Shown: one piece after another, positions 1 through 10,845 of the stretch
How positions within the stretch are numbered: position 1 is the first letter of the stretch
Layout: each line of letters starts with the position of its first letter
From: a virus
Lineage: Duplodnaviria; Caudoviricetes
Direction: 5' to 3' (one strand)
DNA: 39,177 nucleotides
IMG/VR virus record: IMGVR_UViG_3300033155_001846
Location: 1-39,177 of that record
Position numbers and translations under genes: made by a program
The notes under the pieces: model-generated
The model's input: only the letters and a program-made list of their open reading frames with translations
Database searches by the model: none
What the model was told of the DNA's origin: nothing

Positions 1-114
1 TCATTGTCATTTTATTATCTCCAATATTCTGTCAGGGGGGGGAAATGATGGAGTTATATATAAATGATAATGAGAAAAAAACGAAAGTCAATTATATTTG
101 GTGAGAGAACGCCC
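1..114. repeat. 114-bp terminal direct repeat, left copy (likely circular-assembly overlap)
   Basis: Identical to 39064-39177. Confidence 0.95.
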
Positions 115-116
115 TA

Positions 117-398
117 CTAACCAGTACAATTTATCAGGTCTAATGCAGCAACTGTCATGGGCGTGGCCTCATTATCAGCGTAGTCGCCTGCTCCGTCATA
201 AGCCCAAACAATGTTCTCACCAACCTGAGGAATCCCAACCCACGTAACGTCATACTCAACCAGAATTGACCCCGATCCAGTGACGGAATCAATAGTAGCA
301 ACCTCTAGCGTACTATTGTTTGTGATTGTTACGCCATTAGGTATTGTGACCTCGGTAAACACAATGACGCCACTAAACTCCACTGTAACTATACTCAT
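117..398 (-). CDS. Hypothetical beta-rich protein, last gene of the virion operon
   Basis: 93 aa, Val/Thr-rich; start overlaps the stop of the upstream gene (ATGA). Confidence 0.6.
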   Translation of the reverse strand: MSIVTVEFSGVIVFTEVTIPNGVTITNNSTLEVATIDSVTGSGSILVEYDVTWVGIPQVGENIVWAYDGAGDYADNEATPMTVAALDLINCTG

Positions 399-1162
399 GA
401 GAACACCTCGAATTTATAACAGGCAACCCCTGTCGATAAGCCGTAAAGACCACATTTTGTCGATTTGTTAAAGGCTGTGGTTACATAAGTTTTTGGAGCT
501 GAAGGAGCATCAACCCTGCTCACGGTTATATCTCTTGGAGTAACAACGACTTTTACTGTCTTGCGTCCGGCCTTACCACTATGCCAAATCTCATCTACCT
601 GCCGTGAATACCCTTTTTTGCCACCACCAACAAAAGCTTCGCCGCTCCCCTGAAACATGTAGTAGTCCTGAACTGAATCAAATCGAACGACGATGCCACC
701 GGCCCTAATATCAGCAATCACCGTATATGAACTAACACCAACATCAGTAATAATCATGTCTACTTCAGCTTTTTTAATGACGCCACTTTTACCTGTCAAT
801 TGCCACGTTGACTGAGTGGCCGGTGTGACTGGCGCAAGAGGCCTTCCCTTCTCTGGCTTATACTCAGTAATATTTCGACCGGCAGCGCCGTCAAACTGAG
901 AAGAGTGCAATACACCGGCACAATCCTTTTTCCCTGTCCAACCGGCAATGGGGACAATTAACCCTGGTTGGCATTTATTGTTAACCCAGAAAACGTATCT
1001 CCTGTCGGAGTAAGCAACACCTAATAATTCTACCCACATATCTTCGTTCGTGGCGGGATTCATCCCCTGAGACAAAAGATATTCACGCTCGGCATCCTGA
1101 ATACAATTTGAAGTTGCTCCATTTGATTGATAGTAAGCTAACTTGCATTCGTTATATGTCAT
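395..1162 (-). CDS. Hypothetical protein, possibly virion-associated with a beta-sandwich C-terminus
   Basis: 255 aa ORF directly after the tail fibre genes; AGGT RBS-like element upstream. Confidence 0.65.
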   Translation of the reverse strand: MTYNECKLAYYQSNGATSNCIQDAEREYLLSQGMNPATNEDMWVELLGVAYSDRRYVFWVNNKCQPGLIVPIAGWTGKKDCAGVLHSSQFDGAAGRNITEYKPEKGRPLAPVTPATQSTWQLTGKSGVIKKAEVDMIITDVGVSSYTVIADIRAGGIVVRFDSVQDYYMFQGSGEAFVGGGKKGYSRQVDEIWHSGKAGRKTVKVVVTPRDITVSRVDAPSAPKTYVTTAFNKSTKCGLYGLSTGVACYKFEVFS

Positions 1163-1172
1163 GATTTATTAC

Positions 1173-2870
1173 CTATGCTGCTCTCTGCCAAATGGGGACT
1201 GATTTGTATGGAGGTAGATTCTTGCCGGTCACACTCTCACCTATCGTACTAATCGACCCACTAGGTGTTCCTGCTGAAACGGATGACGTGTTAGAAGTAC
1301 CAGGGACTATTGGTGACGAACTGCCGGTTGTTTTTGACCCTAAAGATTGACCAGCCCATGTGTGGTGATGGGCTGGCAAAACGTTACCGCTAAAAACATG
1401 GTTATGACTTGGGATAATAGCGTCAGCACTACCACCTGTTGAATCAGTTGGATAAGTCGCTGACGCCCCAATGAGCATCACATCTTCCACCGACACCCAT
1501 GTTCCTGTAATAGTACCGTTTGGATTCGGGCCAATGAAGTATGAGCCAATAGGGTGAGTATTATTTAATGCGGAAGCGACAGCCGCATCAACATAGTCTT
1601 TTATTTCCTGTATCGACTCGCCACCATCAGCTGCATTGTTGCCAGTGAATATACAAATATTGTTGTCAGTAGCTGACGGTATTGGCTTGTCTAATTTTTT
1701 TGGCAGCTCAGTATCAACCAGCGCTGTAATTAAATTACCTAGACTTGAATCACCTGCCGAGATGGCCGCTTGTACATTTGCGCCCAGAAAATAATCTAAT
1801 GCAGCATCGTCAAATACAATATCACTCGCGTCACCAACCTCAGTCAATCTTGGCCAGTGATACCAGCCTTCATAAATTTCGTGGCCATTAGGTTGTGTCT
1901 GTCTTTCAAGATATAAAATACCATCACCTTTTTCCACTGCAATTGGTGAGGTTGTATCTGTTTGATCATCGGCTTGCATATTAATTGAGCCGGACAAGGG
2001 GGGTGACGGATCTCCCGCCTCCCCCATAGTAATGACATAAATGTCGCCATTATTAAAAGGCCCACCAAATAATTCTGTTGGGCTGCGATAGTCTGCACCA
2101 GGTGTACACACGTATGGGGGAGTCCCAACAATATCTTCATTCTTAGGGCATTCATCATCACCACGAAAAGCCCCCAACGTATTGACGCCTTGAACAGTAA
2201 AAACTTCGGGTGGTATTTTTCCGTCTACCAATTGAACTAAACCATTTTGAACATTCGTAGGCTGCACAAATAATTCAGGATTATTCGCGTCACTCGCATC
2301 AATACCCAGCATCACTGGCGAACCACTTGAACCGTCTTGTCTTATGGTAATCGTGGCCACTGCATCATCAAGTGGAACCGCGTCAACGACGCCGACACTG
2401 CCATCAGGATTAAACTTTAAATATTTATTTGCACGAACCGCAACACTGGGAGTGGTGGGGGTAGTTTTATCCCCTAAAGGAAAACGAATAGAACGCTTAG
2501 TTGCGTCGTCACCCTGTTGAATTAGCATGGTTATTTTATCCAGCGCACCCTCATGAGTTTCAGCTGGGAATGCGTCGAAAGGCTGATAGTCAACTTCCTG
2601 TGTTGGTGGAACCAGCCTAGCCAATGTAACAACAGTGGCCGCTATCAGCGGATCATTTAAAACAACCGTGCCACCAGCGGGATTACCTGGATCATGAATA
2701 GGATCGCCGAACTCCCAATCCCCTTGACTCTGTGTTACGCCATCAAAGATTACATTCAGGTCTTCTTTTTGATCGACACGAAAGTTAAACACAAAGGTAT
2801 CCTGTGGTGGAACACCGTTATAAGTAATGCTGACTGTTGTTGTTAATAATGTCATTTTATAACTCCGCAC
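1173..2870 (-). CDS. Tail fibre/spike protein 3 (T7 gp17-like N-terminal anchor)
   Basis: N-terminus TLLTTTVSITYNG...DYQPFDAFPAETHEGALDKITMLIQQ is paralogous to the 1115-aa fibre; C-terminus HPIGSYFI...HNH...HHH...NLPPYKSVPIWQRAA is typical of fibre tips; true start probably MTLLTT (2856). Confidence 0.8.
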   Translation of the reverse strand: MRSYKMTLLTTTVSITYNGVPPQDTFVFNFRVDQKEDLNVIFDGVTQSQGDWEFGDPIHDPGNPAGGTVVLNDPLIAATVVTLARLVPPTQEVDYQPFDAFPAETHEGALDKITMLIQQGDDATKRSIRFPLGDKTTPTTPSVAVRANKYLKFNPDGSVGVVDAVPLDDAVATITIRQDGSSGSPVMLGIDASDANNPELFVQPTNVQNGLVQLVDGKIPPEVFTVQGVNTLGAFRGDDECPKNEDIVGTPPYVCTPGADYRSPTELFGGPFNNGDIYVITMGEAGDPSPPLSGSINMQADDQTDTTSPIAVEKGDGILYLERQTQPNGHEIYEGWYHWPRLTEVGDASDIVFDDAALDYFLGANVQAAISAGDSSLGNLITALVDTELPKKLDKPIPSATDNNICIFTGNNAADGGESIQEIKDYVDAAVASALNNTHPIGSYFIGPNPNGTITGTWVSVEDVMLIGASATYPTDSTGGSADAIIPSHNHVFSGNVLPAHHHTWAGQSLGSKTTGSSSPIVPGTSNTSSVSAGTPSGSISTIGESVTGKNLPPYKSVPIWQRAA

Positions 2871-3759
2871 TTAGGTTGCAGGAGAAGTTTGTATAGTAAT
2901 TAACTTCACGCCCAACAGCAGTTAGTCTCTCTGAAAACAATACGGTTTTATTAGGGTTTGTAGTTGATGGTTGATGTACTGTAGCTGACGAATCCCCACC
3001 AGAATTATAGTAGTTTAACGAATCAAAGTACCACGCTGAAATAGCAGGAATAGCCCGCATCGTAACAGGAAAACAAAACTCGCCGACTGATCGACCGCCG
3101 CCTGATGTCGACATGGCACCCTGACCACCATCTACTCTTAGGAAGAATCGTTGGCACTTAGCTAATTCACTCGCTATATCTGGATACTCAAATGGTGTGG
3201 GTGTATTTCCAAGTTCAAGCTTTACGTTTTTGAGTGTGCCGTTACCGAAAGTAAAATATTCTTTTGCGAAACTTGATGTACCACTTGCAAGCGTTAGAGT
3301 TACAGGCGAACTTAGCTGTTCAGTCCATACACTTCCATTCGCTCTATAATATATGACTTGCGCTGAACCTTCCCAGCTTAAAGTTACTTGCTTATCAAAT
3401 CCTTCATCTGCCATTGGATATTGAAGACCTACTGCACCGCTGGCACCACTAATTGTTATAAATCCATTTACATCTGGAAGCGTTGCAGATACACCTACAT
3501 TATTTGCTTTCCACCTATCGAAACTATATGAATTCAATCCTATAGCACCGCCTGCAAACCCGCGTTGATTAATTAAAAACGTAGGATTAATAATATAATT
3601 TTTATTACTGGGCACAACAATATCTTGGCTCTGTCCTACCCTAGCCCATGCATTATCTGGATCACCATTAGACACGGCCATAGTGCATAACCATATGACA
3701 CCATTAGCATCTGTATATTGATCATTTAATGCGGGTGCTGTTGGAAAATTTATTGCCAT
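2857..3759 (-). CDS. Tail fibre/receptor-binding subunit 2
   Basis: MAINFPTAP N-terminus plus a KNYIINPTF..INQR..DRW..KLELG..TPFEYPDI..ELAKCQR domain shared with the 1115-aa fibre. Confidence 0.75.
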   Translation of the reverse strand: MAINFPTAPALNDQYTDANGVIWLCTMAVSNGDPDNAWARVGQSQDIVVPSNKNYIINPTFLINQRGFAGGAIGLNSYSFDRWKANNVGVSATLPDVNGFITISGASGAVGLQYPMADEGFDKQVTLSWEGSAQVIYYRANGSVWTEQLSSPVTLTLASGTSSFAKEYFTFGNGTLKNVKLELGNTPTPFEYPDIASELAKCQRFFLRVDGGQGAMSTSGGGRSVGEFCFPVTMRAIPAISAWYFDSLNYYNSGGDSSATVHQPSTTNPNKTVLFSERLTAVGREVNYYTNFSCNLSAEL

Positions 3760-3770
3760 GTTTTTATCTC

Positions 3771-6700
3771 CTAAAGCTCTGCGTCTGCTGTAAACATAAA
3801 CAAGTTACCAAAATAAGGTGTCGCATATGCGCGAACCAACAAATGAGATTGTGTAAGGTAAATTGCATTAGGCGCTTGGTTATGTGTTTGCGTACCCGTA
3901 TTATTAGCAACCGTCATCTTGCCTTCGTTGCCAGCAAGATCCCAGACTGTAATAACCGGCCTCGCCCTCAACGTAACTGGGAAGAAGTATGGTGTACTTG
4001 CTACACCACCTGAAGCATCACTACCCCAAAATGTTTGGTAAGCATAGGTATTAGGTACAACCCCGCCAATAGGATATGCCTCTGTGTAGCTAGTGGTAAA
4101 GTACCGCTGACACTTAGCTAATTCCGTTCCAATATCTGGATACTCAAAAGGTGTTGCTACGCCGCCAATTTCCAACTTAACGTTTTTAAGAGTGCCGTTA
4201 CCAAAATAAAACTCTTCTTTTATGCCACCATTATTTCCAGCTAATAAAGTCATAGTTAAAGGTGAACTAACATAAGCTGGGAGGATACCGCCGCTCGCTC
4301 TATAATAAGATGCTTGTGCTGTACCTTCCCATGATAATGTCACTTCCCCAGTAAAACCAAAATCTTCAATACGCTGTATCAATGCTTTCGCATCAATGTC
4401 TTGGCCACTTATAGTAATAAAACCATTTACATCCGGAAGCGATACTGATATATCATTTGAGTTAGTTGTCCACCTATCAAAAGTATATGCCGCACTAGTT
4501 GCACCACCAGCAAACTGTCTTTGATTAATTGAAAACGTTGGATTGATAATGTAATTCTTTTTAGCTGGTGACTCGATACTTTCACTAGTTGCAACGTCCT
4601 GTACCCACTGACTTGAATCACCATCGCTATACCAAGTAAATGTTTTACCTGTCGCCGTATTAAACCAGATAGGAAAAGTTCCTTTATCTACTGGTGGGGT
4701 ATCAGCTTGCCAAACACCTGCACCACCACCTGTACCAATTTCTTTCCACGGGTTGGCCCACACAGCCCCAGTTTGTGCACGATAATAAATTCGGTCGCCA
4801 CCCATTTGAGTTGCTAACTGACAAAAATCTGCGCCAACCAAATACGTTTGAACATTGAACGTTCCATCAAATGGCCTATTAAGTGAACTAACGCCGCCAG
4901 CATATATACCTGCTTTAATAACAGCATCGTAATCATCACTAGGAAAACTCTGAGATGATAGTGATCCGTTTATTGCAGTAAGTGCTAGGCTATTTGCATA
5001 GCCTGCACTGGCCATCTCAGTCCAGCCAAACCATGTAGCGTCCTGTCTTGGTCTGAACCACATCCTAGTCTCACCGTTATTATCTTGCCCATATATAACT
5101 TGAGTAAGATCGACAGCCCCGACTACGCTGTTCGCTGGCGCTGCGCGAAATACTGATAACATATAACGAGCGCCCTGAGCCAACGTTGCTGGGCCGTTGC
5201 TATGCGTACTAGTTGCAGCAATACCTTGATGAAATGACTTAGGTACTAGGTATGCTTCGTCGTTAAAGTCAACAATTTCTGGAAGGGTGCCACCTGCATT
5301 ACTATCGTCAACGTAATCTTTACGTGTTACATGCGAAGGTGCCGATGGAGTAAATTCTACGTTTACATGATTACAATGTAATGCACCTGCTTGATCAAGC
5401 GTAAATGTGTTTAACGTCGCTCCGGCAGCATCGTGCATTGTTAACGTAAACTGTTCAGTGGAATAGTTATAACGAAGTCGTGCCCGCGTAACGTCATCAG
5501 AACCTTGAAATAAAATATCACTCAATGACGTGTTTGTAGATTTAATTGTAAGTTGTGTATCAGGTCTGGTTAAAACTGTTTTGCCAGCTAACTCTAATGT
5601 CTTATTAGCGTTATCTATGCGTATTGCACATAGCGCAGTAGACCATCCACCTATTACTAAAACACCTGTATCAGCAGCACCTTTATTGAAAGCTAGTAAT
5701 ATGTCGTCTTCAATAACTGATGGATTTGAAGCGCCACTTCCTAGCTTTAAAAGGTATGTTAAGTTATTTGCGTTATCAGCCTGCGTTAGATTTATATGCG
5801 GTATGTTGTGCAATGCGGCAAAGTGTATTGCAAGAGCACCTGACATTTGATCGCCGGTCCTTTGAACAGCACCGTTAGCCAGTCCTTCAGTTATAACGAC
5901 TCGCGCATCTAAACCTGTAATTGCATTTTCATTATCTTGGATCGCACCTTCATTTATAACAACTCGCGCATCTAAACCTGTAATTGCATTTTCATTATCT
6001 TGGATCGCACCTTCATTTATAAAAACCTGTGCATCTAAATCACGCAAGGCCAAATCAACATTGGTAGATGTTGGCTCAATTACCTCTGTAGCTACAGCGT
6101 TAAATGCTACATCTATCGCATCACCTGCCTGAACTGATCTAACCCACAAATACCAGCCTTCATAAACCACATGGCCGTTAGGATGAATAAGATATTCCAA
6201 ATAAATAAGGCTATCACCTACATTAACCTGAACAACTTGCTCTACACCTGTTTCATCATCAACCAATAAATTCACATCACCGAATGTGGGTGGCGATAAA
6301 TCTCCAAGTTCACCATATGATGTTAGATATATGTCACCGTTACGGTATGGCCCACCTAATAATTCTGTCGGGTTTCTGTAATCTGGATCGACACAACCTG
6401 GATCAGTAACTAATTTAGGACATTCATTATCGGCACGGAACGTGCCCAGTATACGAATCGTATCGACTTCTAATAACTCATTCGGTATTTTGGCGTTTAC
6501 TAATTGAACTAATCCTGTTCCCACATTAGTAGGTTGTACAAATATTTTAGGATTATTTAAGTCTAAATTATCCACACCGATCATTGATGGAGAACCGCTA
6601 GAACCATCCTGCCTGATAGCAACTGTTTTAACATAGTCGCCTTCTTCTACCGTACCGTCGGCTAAAGAAATATCACCGTTTTCATCAAAGAAAAAATACT

Positions 6701-7118
6701 TTAATTGACGTGTAACTGCGTCCGGTAGAATCGGATCAGAATCATCACCAAATGGAAAACGAACACTGCGGGTAACAGCGCTACCATTTTGCTGAACTAG
6801 CATGGTTAATTTATCTAACGCACCTTCATGTGTCTCTGCGGGGAACGCATCAAAAGGCTGATAATCAACCTCCTGTGTCGCATCAATGATTCGACCCAGT
6901 GTCACAATCGCACCGGCAGCTAAAGGCGTATTTAAGACAACCGTACCACCAGCATTACTACCCAGTCCTGTGATCGTCCATGACGATGGAACTTGCTCAG
7001 TACCATCGAGAGAAACATGCATGTCTTCTTTATTATCGACACGGAAGTTATAAGCGAATGTATCCTGACCTAATGCGCCGTTATATTGAATAGCTGAATT
7101 GGTTGTTAAGACTGTCAT
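3771..7118 (-). CDS. Long tail fibre protein 1
   Basis: gp17-like N-terminal anchor, 21-aa coiled-coil repeat, HVTRKDYVD motif, knob-like segments, C-terminal KNYIINPTF domain. Confidence 0.85.
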   Translation of the reverse strand: MTVLTTNSAIQYNGALGQDTFAYNFRVDNKEDMHVSLDGTEQVPSSWTITGLGSNAGGTVVLNTPLAAGAIVTLGRIIDATQEVDYQPFDAFPAETHEGALDKLTMLVQQNGSAVTRSVRFPFGDDSDPILPDAVTRQLKYFFFDENGDISLADGTVEEGDYVKTVAIRQDGSSGSPSMIGVDNLDLNNPKIFVQPTNVGTGLVQLVNAKIPNELLEVDTIRILGTFRADNECPKLVTDPGCVDPDYRNPTELLGGPYRNGDIYLTSYGELGDLSPPTFGDVNLLVDDETGVEQVVQVNVGDSLIYLEYLIHPNGHVVYEGWYLWVRSVQAGDAIDVAFNAVATEVIEPTSTNVDLALRDLDAQVFINEGAIQDNENAITGLDARVVINEGAIQDNENAITGLDARVVITEGLANGAVQRTGDQMSGALAIHFAALHNIPHINLTQADNANNLTYLLKLGSGASNPSVIEDDILLAFNKGAADTGVLVIGGWSTALCAIRIDNANKTLELAGKTVLTRPDTQLTIKSTNTSLSDILFQGSDDVTRARLRYNYSTEQFTLTMHDAAGATLNTFTLDQAGALHCNHVNVEFTPSAPSHVTRKDYVDDSNAGGTLPEIVDFNDEAYLVPKSFHQGIAATSTHSNGPATLAQGARYMLSVFRAAPANSVVGAVDLTQVIYGQDNNGETRMWFRPRQDATWFGWTEMASAGYANSLALTAINGSLSSQSFPSDDYDAVIKAGIYAGGVSSLNRPFDGTFNVQTYLVGADFCQLATQMGGDRIYYRAQTGAVWANPWKEIGTGGGAGVWQADTPPVDKGTFPIWFNTATGKTFTWYSDGDSSQWVQDVATSESIESPAKKNYIINPTFSINQRQFAGGATSAAYTFDRWTTNSNDISVSLPDVNGFITISGQDIDAKALIQRIEDFGFTGEVTLSWEGTAQASYYRASGGILPAYVSSPLTMTLLAGNNGGIKEEFYFGNGTLKNVKLEIGGVATPFEYPDIGTELAKCQRYFTTSYTEAYPIGGVVPNTYAYQTFWGSDASGGVASTPYFFPVTLRARPVITVWDLAGNEGKMTVANNTGTQTHNQAPNAIYLTQSHLLVRAYATPYFGNLFMFTADAEL
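5891..6039. repeat. 63-bp in-frame tandem repeat (~2.3 copies)
   Basis: Near-identical DNA copies encoding INEGAIQDNENAITGLDARVV. Confidence 0.95.
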
Positions 7119-7126
7119 TCTCTCAC

Positions 7127-9490
7127 CTATAACTTAATGGGTTGAAAAAGGTAACCACGATCTTCATCTCTTTTTAATCTTGATTCGCGTTTATGTAATT
7201 TACCTATGTAATCAGGATCAGCAATCTGGCTGATTGTTTGATAAACATAACGATCAAAAACTAATTTTGTATACCAAAGCTGCGACGGCATATTTTTTCT
7301 AACCTCATCTGTAAGCGTCGAACCAAAGCTTTGTAATATTTTCTCGAAGGCTTTTTCATCCTGGTTGATTGCGGCTACAAACGCTTGCTGTGTATGCGCT
7401 AATAGCAACCGACCTAAAAGTGTTTCCATTGCTGCTGCTGATGGCCCAGCTAATGTAGCTACCATTGATCCACCAAAACGACTCTGATCCTTAAATATAA
7501 AGTCTGCAAAAATGCCAAGCCCACCTCCCTGCGCCGCTGCTCTCAACCATGCTGCACCTGTAGTCATATCCATTGTTTCTTTACCGGCCACAAGTTCTTT
7601 TATTTGCGCGGCCATCATACCCATCGTAGTTAAAGTAACAAAAGTTGAAGCTAGATATGCAGCGCCGCCTGCCTTACCGAATTGCTTTGCAAACTCAATC
7701 TGATACAACAGAATTGAAATACCGAACGATTTAAACTGCCCCCCTGACCTCATTCCCTCACCGTAAATTGTTCCTGATTCTGATCCCTGTCTCATTATGG
7801 CCCTTACTTCTACGTCCGGCGCTGGGATTGCACGATTGGCTAACACATCCATCATGTTCCCAACCTTCATTTGTAGCTCCATTGGAAGTTCGCGCAGATC
7901 AATATATTTAGCACCGTTAACAACTTGTTTCTTTGATTTTGCTAAAGACTTCCAGTCCGCTTCATTAATGCCGGACTCCTTCAGCATTCTTAAATTACTA
8001 GCTGATAGATCCTTCCATGCTAAACCCTCGACGTTTGCCAAATGACCTAATGCTGATAACTGAATTGAAGATCGGCCCACTTCAGTCATCTTGTTTAAAC
8101 CAGATAGACGAATAAACCGATCAGGTACAGCGGCAAATTTACCCCATACGGTATTTGCATCCACCTCACCGTAACGCGCTAACCCACTGGCAATATCAAT
8201 TACATAATCCGCGTTAACCATGCTCTGTAACAAGAACTGCTTTTCAGCCTTGCCACCGCCAGCCATATGCTTTAAAAATATCATGGTGGTCTTAAATATA
8301 GGTAATCCATTAATAGCGGATGTTATTACTAGCGTACCCTGATCACCAATGGCTGAAATAGCTGCGCCACCTAATTTAGAAACATTAATCGCACGTAACG
8401 TTTCAAAACCTTGTTGAATTTTATTATTAGTACCAGATAGCTCGCCGGTTAATTCCTTCATTGTATTATCGGCACGACCAATCAAGCGTTGATTCTTATG
8501 GCCTGCTTTTTCTGACGCTTTCGAGCGAACGTAATTATATCCGGCCCCTGGATTCGGGCCGAACTGTCGCATCAAAGCGGTCTCTTGTGCGATCCCCATA
8601 ACATGCGTAATCATGGATGAATAAATATTGTCCTCACCAAATTGTTTTTGATAATTCAAATAACTTTCACCTGTCTTAAAACGAAGAAAACGCGTTCTAT
8701 TCTGTACGCCTCTGGCCACACGAATGTCCTTATAGCCAGCCGCTTCCCAATCCATTTTAGATGCACCATTCGTTACAATGGCGTCATACATTGACTCAAG
8801 CGCTCCGCGCAATCGCGGGTCACCTGACGTAAATGATTCACCAGTTTCGCGGTTAATCATATTATCAACGTCCAATACGCCCTCTTCCATTAAGCCATCA
8901 ACCCATGATGACTTATCGACTCGACGAATTTTTAAAGCATTATGGTTTTGAGGCAAATTCCAGTGATCATTTTTTCTAATAGTGCCGCCCATTTTTGTGT
9001 GCAGCGCTACCAGTTTGTCGTTAGCTTTGATGAATGACTGTGCGAACGCTTTTGCTTCTGCATCACCAGTTGATTCACTGAATATTTCTTTAACAATATT
9101 CAGTCTCATGGTGTTATCAACCTGCCATGCATTTGATGTTCTAGGCATGAGACTTTCCATCATGTCTGACATTTCAGAAAACGCAAAACGAGAATATTGA
9201 TTTGCCATTGTTTCGACTGACTTAATGCCTGACGTACCCGTTTTATCGAATGCGAGCAAAGACATTAATCCATTTTGAGGGCCACTAGGATGTGTGTTAA
9301 TCGCCTTCATTGCGCTATCAATTGCAAGTAACTGAATCTTGGCCTGCTTTACTTTGAAGTTACCTTCATCAATTGCAAGTTTCATCTGTTCTTGGAACTG
9401 TATTTCACTCAGGTTATCCTGCCCTTTTAGCATCAGAGTTAGTTCATCTTCAGTGAACCCGTTTTTAATTAGGCAATCTCTTGTACTCAT
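7127..9490 (-). CDS. Internal virion (DNA ejection) protein
   Basis: 787 aa, helical, with hydrophobic Gly/Ala-rich C-terminal segments (GE.MR..GQFKSF, AAAQGGGLGIFADF); located between the ejection genes and tail fibres. Confidence 0.75.
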   Translation of the reverse strand: MSTRDCLIKNGFTEDELTLMLKGQDNLSEIQFQEQMKLAIDEGNFKVKQAKIQLLAIDSAMKAINTHPSGPQNGLMSLLAFDKTGTSGIKSVETMANQYSRFAFSEMSDMMESLMPRTSNAWQVDNTMRLNIVKEIFSESTGDAEAKAFAQSFIKANDKLVALHTKMGGTIRKNDHWNLPQNHNALKIRRVDKSSWVDGLMEEGVLDVDNMINRETGESFTSGDPRLRGALESMYDAIVTNGASKMDWEAAGYKDIRVARGVQNRTRFLRFKTGESYLNYQKQFGEDNIYSSMITHVMGIAQETALMRQFGPNPGAGYNYVRSKASEKAGHKNQRLIGRADNTMKELTGELSGTNNKIQQGFETLRAINVSKLGGAAISAIGDQGTLVITSAINGLPIFKTTMIFLKHMAGGGKAEKQFLLQSMVNADYVIDIASGLARYGEVDANTVWGKFAAVPDRFIRLSGLNKMTEVGRSSIQLSALGHLANVEGLAWKDLSASNLRMLKESGINEADWKSLAKSKKQVVNGAKYIDLRELPMELQMKVGNMMDVLANRAIPAPDVEVRAIMRQGSESGTIYGEGMRSGGQFKSFGISILLYQIEFAKQFGKAGGAAYLASTFVTLTTMGMMAAQIKELVAGKETMDMTTGAAWLRAAAQGGGLGIFADFIFKDQSRFGGSMVATLAGPSAAAMETLLGRLLLAHTQQAFVAAINQDEKAFEKILQSFGSTLTDEVRKNMPSQLWYTKLVFDRYVYQTISQIADPDYIGKLHKRESRLKRDEDRGYLFQPIKL

Positions 9491-10845
9491 ATCGCTTGCC
9501 CCAGTAAACAGGTTTCAGCTTGCTTCAGTTTTGCTGTCCTCTTTTCTATCTGGCCAATTGCGTTTTGGACATCAGCCTTCCCCGCCCTCACAACATCATC
9601 AAGACCAAAATAATCTAACCCGATGTCACTATCATCAAGTTCGCGCATTGTGATTTCTTGCATCTCTAAATTATCTTTCATCATGGCTTCAAATTGTTTA
9701 TCGAGTACCGAATCATCAATCACATAATCAATTTCTTCCTCTTTAACTGGTGAGGGGGTAGCGTCATTTACTCGCGATTCAGCTGCGGCTACGTTTTCAA
9801 AATGCTCTTCCGCCTTAACGTTTTTAGGTACGCTATTTAACTCGTTCTCATAATGCTTTAAATATGCCTCTGTTTCGGGGTCATCTGCTACAGTCTTTGC
9901 AGTTTTTCGAGTCAGAGACATCAGTGTTGCAACCTGACTAGCTGTGATTTTTTCACCTGTAGGCTTTTCATAAATAGCCTTAACATCGTCATAAGCTGTT
10001 TTTCCATACTGCTTAATAAATTCCTGTTTTTGTTTAGCTACTTTTTGCTCCGCCTCAAACGTGCGCTTAAACTTAGTGCCTTTTGCGATACCCGCAACAC
10101 CAGCCGTCATCACCCCCACTGATACAATATTAGTAAGCGCGTCACCCCATGTCATATCCACGCCAATATCTTCGTGCCAATTAAAAACAATAGGTTGAAT
10201 TGCTGCCTCGGTCGCCATGTTTGCGCTACCAACAATACCGCCAACCATTGCGGCGCGACCTAAACGAGTCGCGGCTTGTGATAACTGATAAGCCGCTCGC
10301 CCCAACATAACGGCCTCCAATGGAATCGCGGCAAGACCAGCCGGTTCTAGTACATAGCCATGCAATGAACCCGCAAATTCCCCCATAAAGCCAACGCCGG
10401 ACTGACGATCAAATGTGCTTTGCGCAATCTCCCTTCGCCGCTTAACTGCGTCACGCATTTCTGCATCGACTTCTTTATTCGTTTTAAAATTAGTCCCGTG
10501 TTTTCTGTTTTCGTACTCAGCCATTGCGCTATAATCAGGCATTTTTATACCGCGATTATCTGGTGTAACAAATGACATCCATTCATCATCGCTAATCAAT
10601 CCACTTTTCCGCATCGACCGTAATTCTTCGTCACGATCCGCTGTATTAAAGTCACCACCTACATGGCCATAAAACGGTATATCAAAACCTCTAACAAATG
10701 ATTCTGATATAGATAGACTTTGATCAATCGTTTGACCAATCCCCATCATATAGTTTTCCGAAAAACCAGTAGGCAGTTTTGGGCTGTCTGTGAGATTTGC
10801 ATTCACATTTTCGTCAAATTGGCGCTGTTCTGTTTCATAACTCAC
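9487..10845 (-). CDS. Internal virion (ejection) protein
   Basis: Hydrophobic central helices; start revised to GTG at 10845, which overlaps the upstream stop (track start 10932). Confidence 0.65.
   Translation of the reverse strand: MSYETEQRQFDENVNANLTDSPKLPTGFSENYMMGIGQTIDQSLSISESFVRGFDIPFYGHVGGDFNTADRDEELRSMRKSGLISDDEWMSFVTPDNRGIKMPDYSAMAEYENRKHGTNFKTNKEVDAEMRDAVKRRREIAQSTFDRQSGVGFMGEFAGSLHGYVLEPAGLAAIPLEAVMLGRAAYQLSQAATRLGRAAMVGGIVGSANMATEAAIQPIVFNWHEDIGVDMTWGDALTNIVSVGVMTAGVAGIAKGTKFKRTFEAEQKVAKQKQEFIKQYGKTAYDDVKAIYEKPTGEKITASQVATLMSLTRKTAKTVADDPETEAYLKHYENELNSVPKNVKAEEHFENVAAAESRVNDATPSPVKEEEIDYVIDDSVLDKQFEAMMKDNLEMQEITMRELDDSDIGLDYFGLDDVVRAGKADVQNAIGQIEKRTAKLKQAETCLLGQAI

Noticed and set aside
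1-114. T7-like physical terminal repeat
   Set aside because: It cuts through a moron gene start far from the terminase genes; assembly overlap is more likely, although a third paralog copy beyond the edge cannot be excluded.
2857-4560. Diversity-generating retroelement (TR/VR) suggested by similar fibre C-termini
   Set aside because: No reverse transcriptase; both copies are coding and their differences are not adenine-restricted.
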